Source of the DNA: a virus
Taxonomy: Duplodnaviria; Caudoviricetes
Virus record (IMG/VR): IMGVR_UViG_3300012971_000036
Location: 1 to 39,231 of that record
DNA length: 39,231 nucleotides
Direction: 5' to 3' (one strand)
The notes under the pieces are model-generated. The model made no database searches, was not told the origin of the DNA, and saw only the letters and a program-made list of their open reading frames with translations. Every line of letters begins with the position of its first letter. Position 1 is the stretch's first letter. The position numbers and the translations under genes were made by a program. This document shows, one piece after another, positions 7,720 through 16,319 of the stretch.

Positions 7720-9753
7720 ATGCCGCCCGTCACCAAGGCCCAGGACCAGCCGGTGCTGGTGGAGAGCAAGGCTTACCCCCACGCCCGATGGGGGTTCCAA
7801 ACTTTCAACCCCGTCCAGTCGCGGGTGTACGAGTTTTATAATCACGACACCAACGGCCTGATCGCGGCAGCTACCTCCGCAGGCAAGACCGTCTGCGCCG
7901 AAATGTTCCTCGCCCATGAAATCCGGGTGCGAGGGGGCAAAGGGATGTTCCTCGGCCCCCTCAAGGCCCTCACCCAAGAAAAAATAGACGACTGGACCGA
8001 CCCCGACAATCACTTCCACGACAAGAAGGTGGCGATTTGCACCGGCGACTACCGCCTCACCAATGAGCGCCGCAAGGAGTTCGAGCAGGCCGACCTCATC
8101 ATCATGACTTCGGAAATGCTCAACCACCGCTCGCGCAACTTCAAAAGCGAGCAGAACCAGTGGATGCTCGACGTGGGCACCCTCGTGGTCGATGAGTCCC
8201 ACCTGCTGACCGTTCCCCGTCGCGGCGACCACTTGGAAGTGGGACTGATGAAGTTCACGGACATCAACCCCAAGGCCCGCGTCGTCATGTTGTCGGCCAC
8301 CATGCCCAACGTGGAGGAGATTGGCGAATGGGTCAGCTACGCCCTTACCAAGCGTGACACGTTCGTGTTGCGCAGCACTTACCGCCCCTGCCCGCTTTCA
8401 ATCCACTATGAAAAGGTCTGGGACCAGGCGGGCAGCTACTTTGCCAACGAGGAAGAAAAGGTCGGCTACGCCCTGGACATCGTGGATTACTACCCCGACG
8501 ACAAGTTCCTGATTTTTACGCATACCATCGACACCGGCTACATGATGACCAAGGCGCTTCAGGAGGCCGGAATCCTGGCCGAATTCCACTGCTCCCTGCT
8601 GGACAAACAGGAGCGGGTGTCCCTGGAACACCGCTTCCGCACCGATCCCGAATTGCGCTGCGTGGTAGCGACCAGTACGTTGGCCTGGGGCCTGAACTTG
8701 CCGGCCCGCCGCGTGATTATATTGGGCATCACTCGCGGCTTCGATATTGTTGAGTCCTACAACATCGCCCAGATGGTCGGACGGGCGGGACGCCCCGGCT
8801 TCGACCCGATGGGGGACGCTTATATTCTGCTGCCGGAACGCACCTTCGATATGCACAAGGAGCGGCTGAAGAAGCCGGAGCCGATCAAAAGCCACCTGCT
8901 CGATGAAAGTCCTGGCGGCAAATACAAGACCTTGGCATTTCATTTGGTGAGTGAAATTCATCACGGCGACGTGCAGGACGCGGACGACGTTCACCACTGG
9001 TTCGGGCGGTCCCTGGCCCACTTCCAGAAGGACACGCTGGCTGATGCAATGGTGGACAAGACGCTGGACGATCTGAAGAAGTGTTACGCCATCAAGGAGG
9101 AGGACGGTAAACTGAAGGCCACGGCGGTGGGCATGATCTCCAGCATGTTTTATATTTCGCCGTTTGACGTGAGCGACCTGCGCCGTAATTTCAAATATTT
9201 GTTCGAGGCCAACGAGCAGGGGGACGACATGGCGGTGGCCTGCGCCCTCGCCGCCATTGACAGTAACATGGTGGGCTTCGCCAACCGCCGCGAGAAGGAA
9301 GAAATGGCCCACTTCATGATCCAGTGGCGGCAGAAATATAGTGACCGCTACCCCGACCCGGTTATCAAGATGGCGTTTTGTTACCACGCCATGATGAACG
9401 GCCAGCATCACCACAAGGCGTGCGGGCCTACGATGCGCAACCTCCAGAGTGATTACGCCCGTCTGGGGCAGGTACTCCTCGCCCTGGACAGCATGACCGG
9501 GAAGTGGGGCCGGTTCAGTTGGTTCCGGGACTTGCACGCCCGCATCCAGCACGGGGTCAAGGCCCATCTGGTGCCCCTGGTGGGGCTGCCTGATATTGGC
9601 AAGGTTCGTGCCGCCAAACTGTACGAGGCGGGACTGAAGACGCTGGAGCAGATCGCGGAGCGGCCCGATTTGGTGAAGAAGGCGCTGGGGTGGAAGGACG
9701 CCAAGGTGCAGGAAGTGGTCGAGGCAGCCAAAGCCCAGCTACTTATTTCGTAA
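7720..9753 (+). CDS. Ski2/Hel308-like SF2 DExH helicase
   Basis: Q motif FNPVQ, ATSAGKT, PLKAL, DESH, LSATMPN, ATSTLAWGLNLPA and QMVGRAGRPGFD, plus C-terminal HhH LPDIGKVRAAKLYEAG. Confidence 0.9.
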   Translation: MPPVTKAQDQPVLVESKAYPHARWGFQTFNPVQSRVYEFYNHDTNGLIAAATSAGKTVCAEMFLAHEIRVRGGKGMFLGPLKALTQEKIDDWTDPDNHFHDKKVAICTGDYRLTNERRKEFEQADLIIMTSEMLNHRSRNFKSEQNQWMLDVGTLVVDESHLLTVPRRGDHLEVGLMKFTDINPKARVVMLSATMPNVEEIGEWVSYALTKRDTFVLRSTYRPCPLSIHYEKVWDQAGSYFANEEEKVGYALDIVDYYPDDKFLIFTHTIDTGYMMTKALQEAGILAEFHCSLLDKQERVSLEHRFRTDPELRCVVATSTLAWGLNLPARRVIILGITRGFDIVESYNIAQMVGRAGRPGFDPMGDAYILLPERTFDMHKERLKKPEPIKSHLLDESPGGKYKTLAFHLVSEIHHGDVQDADDVHHWFGRSLAHFQKDTLADAMVDKTLDDLKKCYAIKEEDGKLKATAVGMISSMFYISPFDVSDLRRNFKYLFEANEQGDDMAVACALAAIDSNMVGFANRREKEEMAHFMIQWRQKYSDRYPDPVIKMAFCYHAMMNGQHHHKACGPTMRNLQSDYARLGQVLLALDSMTGKWGRFSWFRDLHARIQHGVKAHLVPLVGLPDIGKVRAAKLYEAGLKTLEQIAERPDLVKKALGWKDAKVQEVVEAAKAQLLIS

Positions 9754-10422
9754 ACGGCGCTGCAACTTGAGTTGTCGCGCCAGGGCGTTGTCGATGAGCG
9801 TCTGGCGGGGGATGAACAGTTTGCCGCCACGCTGAAAGGCAAAGGCGGCGGTCGGGTTCTTGATGCCGGTCTGCACGCAGGAACAACATTTCGGGTCTTG
9901 CGAGTACAGTTCGACGGTCAGCAGGTCGCCGTCCGCGACGTGGGCGGGGGTGACGCTGCCGTTAATGGTGACGTAGAAATCCTTGCAGGTGTCCTTGCCG
10001 GTGGAGGGGCTGATGGTGGCGTCGATGTCGCCGCTCCCGGCGGCGTAGAGCGTACCGTTGGCGTACTCGATACAGCACACGCCGTCCGTGGTCGTTGGGA
10101 AAATCTGCACTGTGATGGCCTGGCACGGGATCGAACACCCGCCGCTTGCTAACGAATATACCCACTCGCCGCTCGGTGACCTGATCGGCTCGGCCACCGC
10201 AAACTCCGGCATTACCGCGATGGGTGACACCTGGATTTGCGGGATGACCTGCGCCTGGATGGTCGAGCAGCCCTGCGGGTATTGTGGGGTAAGCGGTGAG
10301 CCGCAGTCGAAATAGAGCGTGATGTTCTTATAGCAATACTTCGGCGGGCAGCACTTGCAACCCCAGCACGGGCAGGTGCCATTAGTGCCCCGTACAAACG
10401 GGCCTTGGCATCCGATAGCCAT
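9739..10422 (-). CDS. cysteine-rich hypothetical protein (possibly virion-associated)
   Basis: CPCWGCKCCPPKYC and other Cys clusters, beta-rich middle. Confidence 0.65.
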   Translation of the reverse strand: MAIGCQGPFVRGTNGTCPCWGCKCCPPKYCYKNITLYFDCGSPLTPQYPQGCSTIQAQVIPQIQVSPIAVMPEFAVAEPIRSPSGEWVYSLASGGCSIPCQAITVQIFPTTTDGVCCIEYANGTLYAAGSGDIDATISPSTGKDTCKDFYVTINGSVTPAHVADGDLLTVELYSQDPKCCSCVQTGIKNPTAAFAFQRGGKLFIPRQTLIDNALARQLKLQRRLRNK

Positions 10423-10434
10423 TTCCTACGGCCC

Positions 10435-10707
10435 TCAATCCTTTTTTGATTGCTCGTCCCCGAAGAAGCCTGTTGGGTATTCGATCTTTACCACGCCGTC
10501 GCCGCTTGGCGGCTTGCCGGTTTTCGGGTCTTCAACCCACCAGCGCACTTGCTGGACCGGGATGCCCAGGGCGTCCATATGACAGTTATCGTCCGGGAAA
10601 ACGGGCAGGTGATATTCCTTCCCGCCAATGAGGATTGCCACCTTGCACTGGCCCCGGTGCCTGTCGTAGAGAAGACAGTTCTTGCATTTCGGTTCTATGT
10701 CATTCAT
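10435..10707 (-). CDS. small CxxC-containing hypothetical protein
   Basis: CKNC...C...CH; GAGGA/AGGA RBS. Confidence 0.7.
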   Translation of the reverse strand: MNDIEPKCKNCLLYDRHRGQCKVAILIGGKEYHLPVFPDDNCHMDALGIPVQQVRWWVEDPKTGKPPSGDGVVKIEYPTGFFGDEQSKKD

Positions 10708-10779
10708 TCCTATTCCTCGCCATCAAGGCTTCGCTTATAATCGAGTGTCGAGTTAATAATCCTCGTTGGAGGACCATCC

Positions 10780-11397
10780 GTGAAATATGTTTCCATCGAC
10801 ATCGAGACGACCGGCCTCGATCCCAAGCACAACGACGTTCTCGAATTCGCGGCGGTTTACGACGACCTCCGGGAAAACGTGGACGTGGACAAACTTCCGA
10901 CCTACCACGCCTACGTCTGCCGCGAGGACGACCTTTATCGCGGCTCGGCCTACGCCTTGGCCCTCAACCATAAAATACTCAGTATTTTAGCGGGGCGTGG
11001 CAAGCCGGGGTACGCGATTCACAATTACCAGACCGCCGACAGTCTGCTCTATTCCTTCTACAACTGGCTGGACAAGGTGAATTACCCTGACCCCACCAAC
11101 TCGCACATGGTCGGGGACGATTTGTACTTGTGCGTCACGCCCGCCGGCAAGAACTTCGCCAGTTTCGACAAACGTTTTCTCGAAGAGCAGTGTGAGATGC
11201 CCAAGCAGTTGCGTTTCTCGCACCGCGTCTTCGACCCCGCCCCGTTATATTTCCGTCTCGGTGACGACAACATGCTGCCCGACAGCAAGGAGTGCATGAG
11301 GCGAGCGGACCTGGGCGGGGAAGTGGCCCACACCGCTCTGGAAGACGCCAAGATGGTGGTTCGCCTCATCCGCCACAAGCTCAAGGAGGGAGCCTGA
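10780..11397 (+). CDS. DEDDh 3'-5' exonuclease (DnaQ/oligoribonuclease-like)
   Basis: Motifs SIDIETTGLD, GKNFASFD and HTALEDA. Confidence 0.88.
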   Translation: MKYVSIDIETTGLDPKHNDVLEFAAVYDDLRENVDVDKLPTYHAYVCREDDLYRGSAYALALNHKILSILAGRGKPGYAIHNYQTADSLLYSFYNWLDKVNYPDPTNSHMVGDDLYLCVTPAGKNFASFDKRFLEEQCEMPKQLRFSHRVFDPAPLYFRLGDDNMLPDSKECMRRADLGGEVAHTALEDAKMVVRLIRHKLKEGA

Positions 11398-11568
11398 GTG
11401 GTTGAGAATTTGGTAGGGGAAAAACTGCACGGGTGGGAAGTTCTTGCCTATTTGGGGCGTAGGCAGGGTCGTGCTTCTAATTTTCATTATTGGCAAGTTC
11501 GCTGCTTGGTCTGCGGACAGGTTCTACGAGTATGTTGGACCGCCAGATGTACCATGCTTTCAGTATAA
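11398..11568 (+). pseudogene. 56-aa fragment resembling the N-terminal module of HNH/AP2-type homing endonucleases
   Basis: Read manually: MVENLVGEKLHGWEVL...YWQVRCLVCG, similar to the DLTGQRFGRLTV...W.C.C.CG pattern. Stops at TAA 11566-11568. Confidence 0.5.
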
Positions 11569-11582
11569 ATGGAGGAGATAAG

Positions 11583-12236
11583 ATGTCACGGACGATTGGA
11601 ATTGCAGGCCAGTTGATGAGCGGCAAGGACGTGCTGGCGGATTATTTGGTGAAGCGGCTCAACGAGCGTGAAAAGACCGCCTGGGTGCGCACGGCCTTCG
11701 CCAACGCTGTCAAGCAGGTCTACCAGGACGCTTTCGCCGTGGACCGTGAGTTTGTGGAAAAGTGGAAGCGCATCCCGGACCCGCCGCCCGGTATGAAGAT
11801 GAATGTCCGCAAGGGGCTTCAGTTCATCGGGGATGGTTTCCGCCAGATGAAGGAAGACATATGGATCGAGATTGCCCTGCGTGGGGGCGAGTGCAAGGTG
11901 ATCTCCGACAGTCGCTACATCAACGAGGCCAAGGCCATCACCGCCCAGGGCGGTTTTATGATCGTGTTGTGGCGTCCGGGGTTTGAGAACAACGACCCCA
12001 ACCCTTCCGAGTCGCAGATATTGCCGGTGGTGCAGTGGTGCCTAAACACCCGCCAGGACGGCCCGTTGCACTGGACCTTTGACTACGAATTGCATCCGGC
12101 ACCGGACGGCATCCAATCCTACGACTACTTCATGCGGAACGACGGCAGCATCGAAGACCTCTACGCCAAGGTGGACAAGGAACTCCTGCCATTCTTGGAC
12201 GCGCGGTACGCCGAGAACTTTGGCCGGGCGCTCTGA
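11583..12236 (+). CDS. deoxynucleoside monophosphate kinase (T4 gp1-like)
   Basis: IGIAGQLMSGKD P-loop, FANAVK, RKGLQFIG, ISDSRYINE, NDGSIEDL. Confidence 0.85.
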   Translation: MSRTIGIAGQLMSGKDVLADYLVKRLNEREKTAWVRTAFANAVKQVYQDAFAVDREFVEKWKRIPDPPPGMKMNVRKGLQFIGDGFRQMKEDIWIEIALRGGECKVISDSRYINEAKAITAQGGFMIVLWRPGFENNDPNPSESQILPVVQWCLNTRQDGPLHWTFDYELHPAPDGIQSYDYFMRNDGSIEDLYAKVDKELLPFLDARYAENFGRAL

Positions 12237-12265
12237 TATATAGAGCGTCTGACCGAAGGGGTTCT

Positions 12266-12634
12266 ATGGATTACGTCACGTCACCGGAGCAACGTCACCG
12301 CGTTCTGAAAGGTTGGGGTTGGGAGGATTGGATTTGGAACTCCGACCTGTACTGCGGTAAACTTCTTTATTTCCACGACGGCAAACGCTGTAGTTGGCAC
12401 TTTCACCGGCTCAAAGATGAAGTGCTATATTTACAGGCCGGTCAAGTCCTGGTAAGATTCAGTACGGGGGATGACATCTCCAAGGCCGAGGAAGTTATTT
12501 TGAAGCCTGGTGATGCTTTCCACGTCCCCGTGGGGTTGCGGCACCAGATGGTTGCCACGGGCGAGAGCGTAATTTTTGAGTTCAGCACCCACCACGAGGA
12601 CAGCGACAGCATCAGGATTGTGCGAGGGGACTGA
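12266..12634 (+). CDS. cupin-domain protein (sugar isomerase-like)
   Basis: KGWGWE, YCGKLL, SWHFHRLKDE, PGD.FHVP.G.RH, EFST. Confidence 0.85.
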   Translation: MDYVTSPEQRHRVLKGWGWEDWIWNSDLYCGKLLYFHDGKRCSWHFHRLKDEVLYLQAGQVLVRFSTGDDISKAEEVILKPGDAFHVPVGLRHQMVATGESVIFEFSTHHEDSDSIRIVRGD

Positions 12635-12636
12635 CC

Positions 12637-12969
12637 ATGATCGCGGCCCTCACATATTCACCGCCTGCTTGGGTACATATATGGGTGGAGAAACCCAAGC
12701 GCTTTGTCGATGGAATTGAAATACTTGACGAGCGAATTCTGGAAAAGCATGGAAGCTTCATGCGGGTCAAGCGGTGGCTCCGTGGGGCGCACCCGCACCT
12801 GGGGGTCATCAACCCCAAAGGGTGGACCGGGGTGGAGACGGTGGTGGAAGTGGATGTGATAAAGGCCCTCGATACCTTCGAGGTCCGTGAGGCACCCGTG
12901 GTTGAAATCAAGTACGAGCCTGAAGCCGTACCTGACGCCGCAGCTTGCCCAGCCCTACTTCTGTCATGA
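12637..12969 (+). CDS. hypothetical protein
   Basis: Follows cupin by 2 nt; overlaps the convergent gene by 62 nt. Confidence 0.5.
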   Translation: MIAALTYSPPAWVHIWVEKPKRFVDGIEILDERILEKHGSFMRVKRWLRGAHPHLGVINPKGWTGVETVVEVDVIKALDTFEVREAPVVEIKYEPEAVPDAAACPALLLS

Positions 12970-13597
12970 CGATAAACTCCCAGCCACGGGTTTTGCAGTA
13001 TTTGCCCGCCGCTTTCCACTTGGCCTCGTTGCGGGGGATGGTGGTCTGCTTGGCGGGCTTTATTTCCCACACTTCGATGCGCCCATCCGACCAGTAAACC
13101 CGCAGGTCAGGGAAGTAGTCGTGGAGGGTCGGTTTGCCGCCCTCCTCGAATAAATATTGGACGGCGAATGGTTCGGCCTCGAACTTCACGACTTCGGGGA
13201 TGGCCTCCAGGCACTCGTAGACCTCGCACTCGAACCCCGAACGGTAGTGGATTTCCTTGCCGTTCATCTTGTTGGAGACGAAGTTGCCCTCGCGGAACTT
13301 GGGGCGTTTGGTGCCTTTGATCTTGCCACTTTTCTTGTCGTAATCCTTCCAGATCACCGCACGTTCTTGTTTGTCTTCGGGCAGCTTTTCCTTGGGGTGC
13401 TTGGCCTTGAAGTGCATTTTGAGGTCGCGCACCGGGGCCTGGCACCGTGCCAACGGGCACACCACAAACTCCCGGCCTTCCTCGTGGTTCTCGTGGATGT
13501 GCTTCTTGAATTCGGCAAACTCGGTGTACTGCTTTCCGCAGATGAAGCACTGATATTTCCTGACCCGCTCGTTGGTGAATTCGTAGTTGTAGGGCAT
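12908..13597 (-). CDS. TnsA-N/T4 gp4-like PD-(D/E)xK endonuclease with two N-terminal C2H2 zinc fingers
   Basis: Nuclease motifs YRSGFE, YFPDL, EIKP, K..A...C...GWEF.VMTE. Zinc fingers CFIC-x12-H-x4-H and CPLARC-x9-H-x4-H. Confidence 0.8.
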   Translation of the reverse strand: MPYNYEFTNERVRKYQCFICGKQYTEFAEFKKHIHENHEEGREFVVCPLARCQAPVRDLKMHFKAKHPKEKLPEDKQERAVIWKDYDKKSGKIKGTKRPKFREGNFVSNKMNGKEIHYRSGFECEVYECLEAIPEVVKFEAEPFAVQYLFEEGGKPTLHDYFPDLRVYWSDGRIEVWEIKPAKQTTIPRNEAKWKAAGKYCKTRGWEFIVMTEVGLGKLRRQVRLQART

Positions 13598-14037
13598 TAT
13601 TCCTCATCCGTAATCTTGATAAGCCCGTCGTCGTCCCCTTGCAGGTCGCCGGTCTTCTTCGTGACCGCCGGTTCCTTTTTACCAACCTTCATCAGTTCTT
13701 TCTCACAGTCATCGCGGTCGATCACCTGGATGTCGGGCAGGTCTTTGTGTCCGAAGATGGACTGGCTGGCCTTGCCGGAGAGAGCGTCGAGCAGGTTGAG
13801 GGCCATGAAACTGGCGTCGTCCTGAAAACCACTGGCGTCGTCGTCCTCTGGATTTTTCAGGCGGGCGAAAGTGACGCGGCTTTCTTCCGGTGCCCCAAAC
13901 ACTCCGTCGCCTTTTTTGAAGAACAGGATCAGGTTTTGCCCGTCTAGCAGGCCGCGAACCTTGCCCTCGTCCTCTAGGTAGTCGTCCCACCTGTCTAGCA
14001 GCACCCGAAAACTAGAAAAAGCCGGCGATACTCTCAC
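13597..14037 (-). CDS. hypothetical protein
   Basis: GGAG then GTG; TATATA upstream; coupled to the nuclease gene. Confidence 0.7.
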   Translation of the reverse strand: MRVSPAFSSFRVLLDRWDDYLEDEGKVRGLLDGQNLILFFKKGDGVFGAPEESRVTFARLKNPEDDDASGFQDDASFMALNLLDALSGKASQSIFGHKDLPDIQVIDRDDCEKELMKVGKKEPAVTKKTGDLQGDDDGLIKITDEE

Positions 14038-14048
14038 GGTCGATCTCC

Positions 14049-14074
14049 ATATATAAATCGGTCAATGATATATA
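14049..14074. promoter_or_regulatory. back-to-back ATATATA motifs (putative late promoters) between divergent genes
   Basis: ATATATA at 14049-14055 and 14068-14074 within a 44-nt gap. The same motif occurs upstream of other genes. Confidence 0.6.
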
Positions 14075-14081
14075 GGACAAC

Positions 14082-14453
14082 ATGGTGCCATTTAGTTTTC
14101 GCAAATATGTGCTGATGCGTGAGGACCACCAGGACCGCTTCGCGGGCGTGGCCGATAAGGCGGTGGAACTGGCCCGCTCCATTCGTGACCCTGAGAGTGA
14201 TAATTACATCCCCGACGACAGCGCGCGGGAACTGGTGACGTATTGTCTGGAGGAAGTCCAGCGATTTCTCAACCGGGAGATGAAGACGGGTGACCCGGAC
14301 GAGGGCTTGCTCAAAATCAAGGAATTCCGCCGCAAGGTCTTCGATGAGATCAACAAGGCCGACGAGGAGGCGCACCATTCAATGGACCTGGGGCAGATCG
14401 AGGACATGATTGACAAGTTAATTGCTGATGCTGTAAAGGTGGTAACGGGATGA
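14082..14453 (+). CDS. hypothetical protein, CTS-like N-terminus
   Basis: MVPFSFRKYVLMRE; helical and acidic. Confidence 0.7.
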   Translation: MVPFSFRKYVLMREDHQDRFAGVADKAVELARSIRDPESDNYIPDDSARELVTYCLEEVQRFLNREMKTGDPDEGLLKIKEFRRKVFDEINKADEEAHHSMDLGQIEDMIDKLIADAVKVVTG

Positions 14454-15316
14454 AATCCTTATCGTTTCAATGGTTTTATATCGAGCAGGAAATCGACCGG
14501 GCACGTCACGACCCGGACTCGGTGTGGAATTACTTGCTGCAATTGCACGAAGATAAGCAGTCGGTCCAAGTCCCCGCTATATCGCCCGAATCGGAATACG
14601 ATCAAATCAAACAGAGCGTGAAGCAGATCGTCATGGACAAGGTGGGTGATGTGGCGTTAGACACGACCCCAGGGCTGCTTGGAAATGTGTTGAGTTACGT
14701 TTTTTCCAAGGGCGGGGCGTTCCTGCGGAGGTTGTTCATTCGCCGGCCCCCGAAGCCAACGGCAGACGCCTCGCCAGCACAGTTGAAGGATTACGAATTA
14801 GCCACTCGGAGGCGGGACGAAAAAGGGGAGCGGTTTGGTGTGGCCACCAAGTTCCTGGGCGGTGTTGCCGTGGCGGCATTATATTACGCCCTGATGATTG
14901 GGATGCCCTACATGAAGGGGCGGGAGAGCCGAGAGGGCGAGGTCCAGCAGCTTCAGCAACAAGTCCAGCAATTGCGGCAGCAGGTGGCCGCGTTACCGCC
15001 GGACCAGAAGCAAGCGGGTATGCAGATCGCGCAGGAGCTACAAGGTGGCCCGGAAAAAGGTCAGCAGGGGAAGGCGCTCGACCGGGACAACCGGCAGTTC
15101 ATGCTTCTGATGGCCAACAAAACGTATGAGACGTACCGAAAGCAATATGCCGGCAGCCCGGTGACCATGAAGGACGTGTACCGAGAGTTGGAGTTCGTGT
15201 ACGGCAGGGCGCGGGCAGGGGACCAGGCGGCAAGGTTCTGGTACGACACTGACCCCGACAGACTGGCTGAGTTACTGGCCCAGCGTGTATTTCAGCGAAA
15301 CCGTCGAGGAGGTTAA
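14450..15316 (+). CDS. hypothetical protein with TM helix and coiled coil, CTS-like N-terminus
   Basis: MKSLSFQWFYIEQE; FLGGVAVAALYYALMIGM; QQLQQQVQQL; ATGA overlap with the previous gene. Confidence 0.7.
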   Translation: MKSLSFQWFYIEQEIDRARHDPDSVWNYLLQLHEDKQSVQVPAISPESEYDQIKQSVKQIVMDKVGDVALDTTPGLLGNVLSYVFSKGGAFLRRLFIRRPPKPTADASPAQLKDYELATRRRDEKGERFGVATKFLGGVAVAALYYALMIGMPYMKGRESREGEVQQLQQQVQQLRQQVAALPPDQKQAGMQIAQELQGGPEKGQQGKALDRDNRQFMLLMANKTYETYRKQYAGSPVTMKDVYRELEFVYGRARAGDQAARFWYDTDPDRLAELLAQRVFQRNRRGG

Positions 15317-15321
15317 GGTCG

Positions 15322-15789
15322 ATGTCAGGGAATACTCTAGGCAGCTTCCGAAAGTTCCTTGAAGACCTGGAGCGAAAGGCCCCGGAGGACAAGGACAAGG
15401 ACGAAGATAGCGACAAGCAGCCGATGGACATATTCGGCGGCGAGGAGGAAGAACTGGACATTCCCCCGGACATTCTGGCCAAAATCTACCAGACCGAGCC
15501 GCAGGTCGGCTCGCATATTTCCTTTGACGACTTGGATTGGAAGCTGATGCCCTTCAAGATCAAGCACATGGGCGTTCACGGGGCGGACATCGAGACGTTT
15601 GGTGATGAGGTTCACGCCAGGGCATTCAAGCATGGTGCCCATCAGAAGAAGCACGGCAGGCACAAGGGCCGCATCAGCCGCAAAGACCTGGCGGATTTGG
15701 TCGGCCAGGGTTGGCAGGCAGTCACCGCCCAGGCGGCTGCTGGCGGTGCCCCTGGCGGCGCACCGGCAATGGGCGGACCACCAATGTGA
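15322..15789 (+). CDS. hypothetical protein, CTS-like N-terminus
   Basis: GSFRKFLEDLE; GGAGG RBS. Confidence 0.7.
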   Translation: MSGNTLGSFRKFLEDLERKAPEDKDKDEDSDKQPMDIFGGEEEELDIPPDILAKIYQTEPQVGSHISFDDLDWKLMPFKIKHMGVHGADIETFGDEVHARAFKHGAHQKKHGRHKGRISRKDLADLVGQGWQAVTAQAAAGGAPGGAPAMGGPPM

Positions 15790-15794
15790 GCAAT

Positions 15795-15995
15795 ATGAAA
15801 CTTCAGTTCAGAGAATGGCTCAAGCTGCAAGAAGCCGGCACCGGGACCAACGCCATCGCCGTCTTCGCACGCCCGGTCATGCCCGTCGTTCGTCGCGGCC
15901 CTGCCAACGGGCAGTTCGGCTGCAAGTACGACAAACACGGTAATTGTGGTTTGGCGGGCGACGTGCAACCGATGGCCTTCAGCAGTTGGAAGTGA
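15795..15995 (+). CDS. 66-aa hypothetical protein, CTS-like N-terminus
   Basis: MKLQFREWLKLQEAG from ATG15795. Confidence 0.65.
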   Translation: MKLQFREWLKLQEAGTGTNAIAVFARPVMPVVRRGPANGQFGCKYDKHGNCGLAGDVQPMAFSSWK

Positions 15996-16013
15996 CCCTA
16001 CTATAATAGGGGT

Positions 16014-16316
16014 ATGAAGAATTATTGGCTCAATCGCAGACAGTCCCGCTTGGTGACAAATCTTCAACTCAAACGAAATTCCTTGCAACACGAAATCGCT
16101 CGACTTCGGTTGCTCCTAGCCAGTGAAATAATCCGCTTTATGACCGATTGCCACCGCCAGTTAGACTGGCAAAAGGTGGTTGCCGACATGATCCGGTCCA
16201 GGCTTGCCCTGGAATTTGATAAGCACCGCGAGTATTATTCATTTATCAGGATGACGAACCTGCGTCGTCTGACACTTTATTTCCTCAAGCGGTTCGGTTT
16301 GCAAGAAGGAGCGTGA
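16014..16316 (+). CDS. hypothetical basic protein
   Basis: TATAAT just upstream; begins MKNYWL. Confidence 0.6.
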   Translation: MKNYWLNRRQSRLVTNLQLKRNSLQHEIARLRLLLASEIIRFMTDCHRQLDWQKVVADMIRSRLALEFDKHREYYSFIRMTNLRRLTLYFLKRFGLQEGA

Positions 16317-16319
16317 TGG

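Noticed and set aside
8398-9567. Long antisense or alternate-frame ORFs (also 3053-3844, 17058-17771, 19938-20816, 21228-22052, 29375-30157, 38275-39030)
   Set aside because: These are shadows of GC3-biased real genes, with no motifs or RBS.
12908-13597. Tn7-like transposon inferred from the TnsA-like domain
   Set aside because: No tnsB/tnsC/tniQ or transposon ends are present. Stand-alone TnsA-like nucleases are common in T4-like phages.
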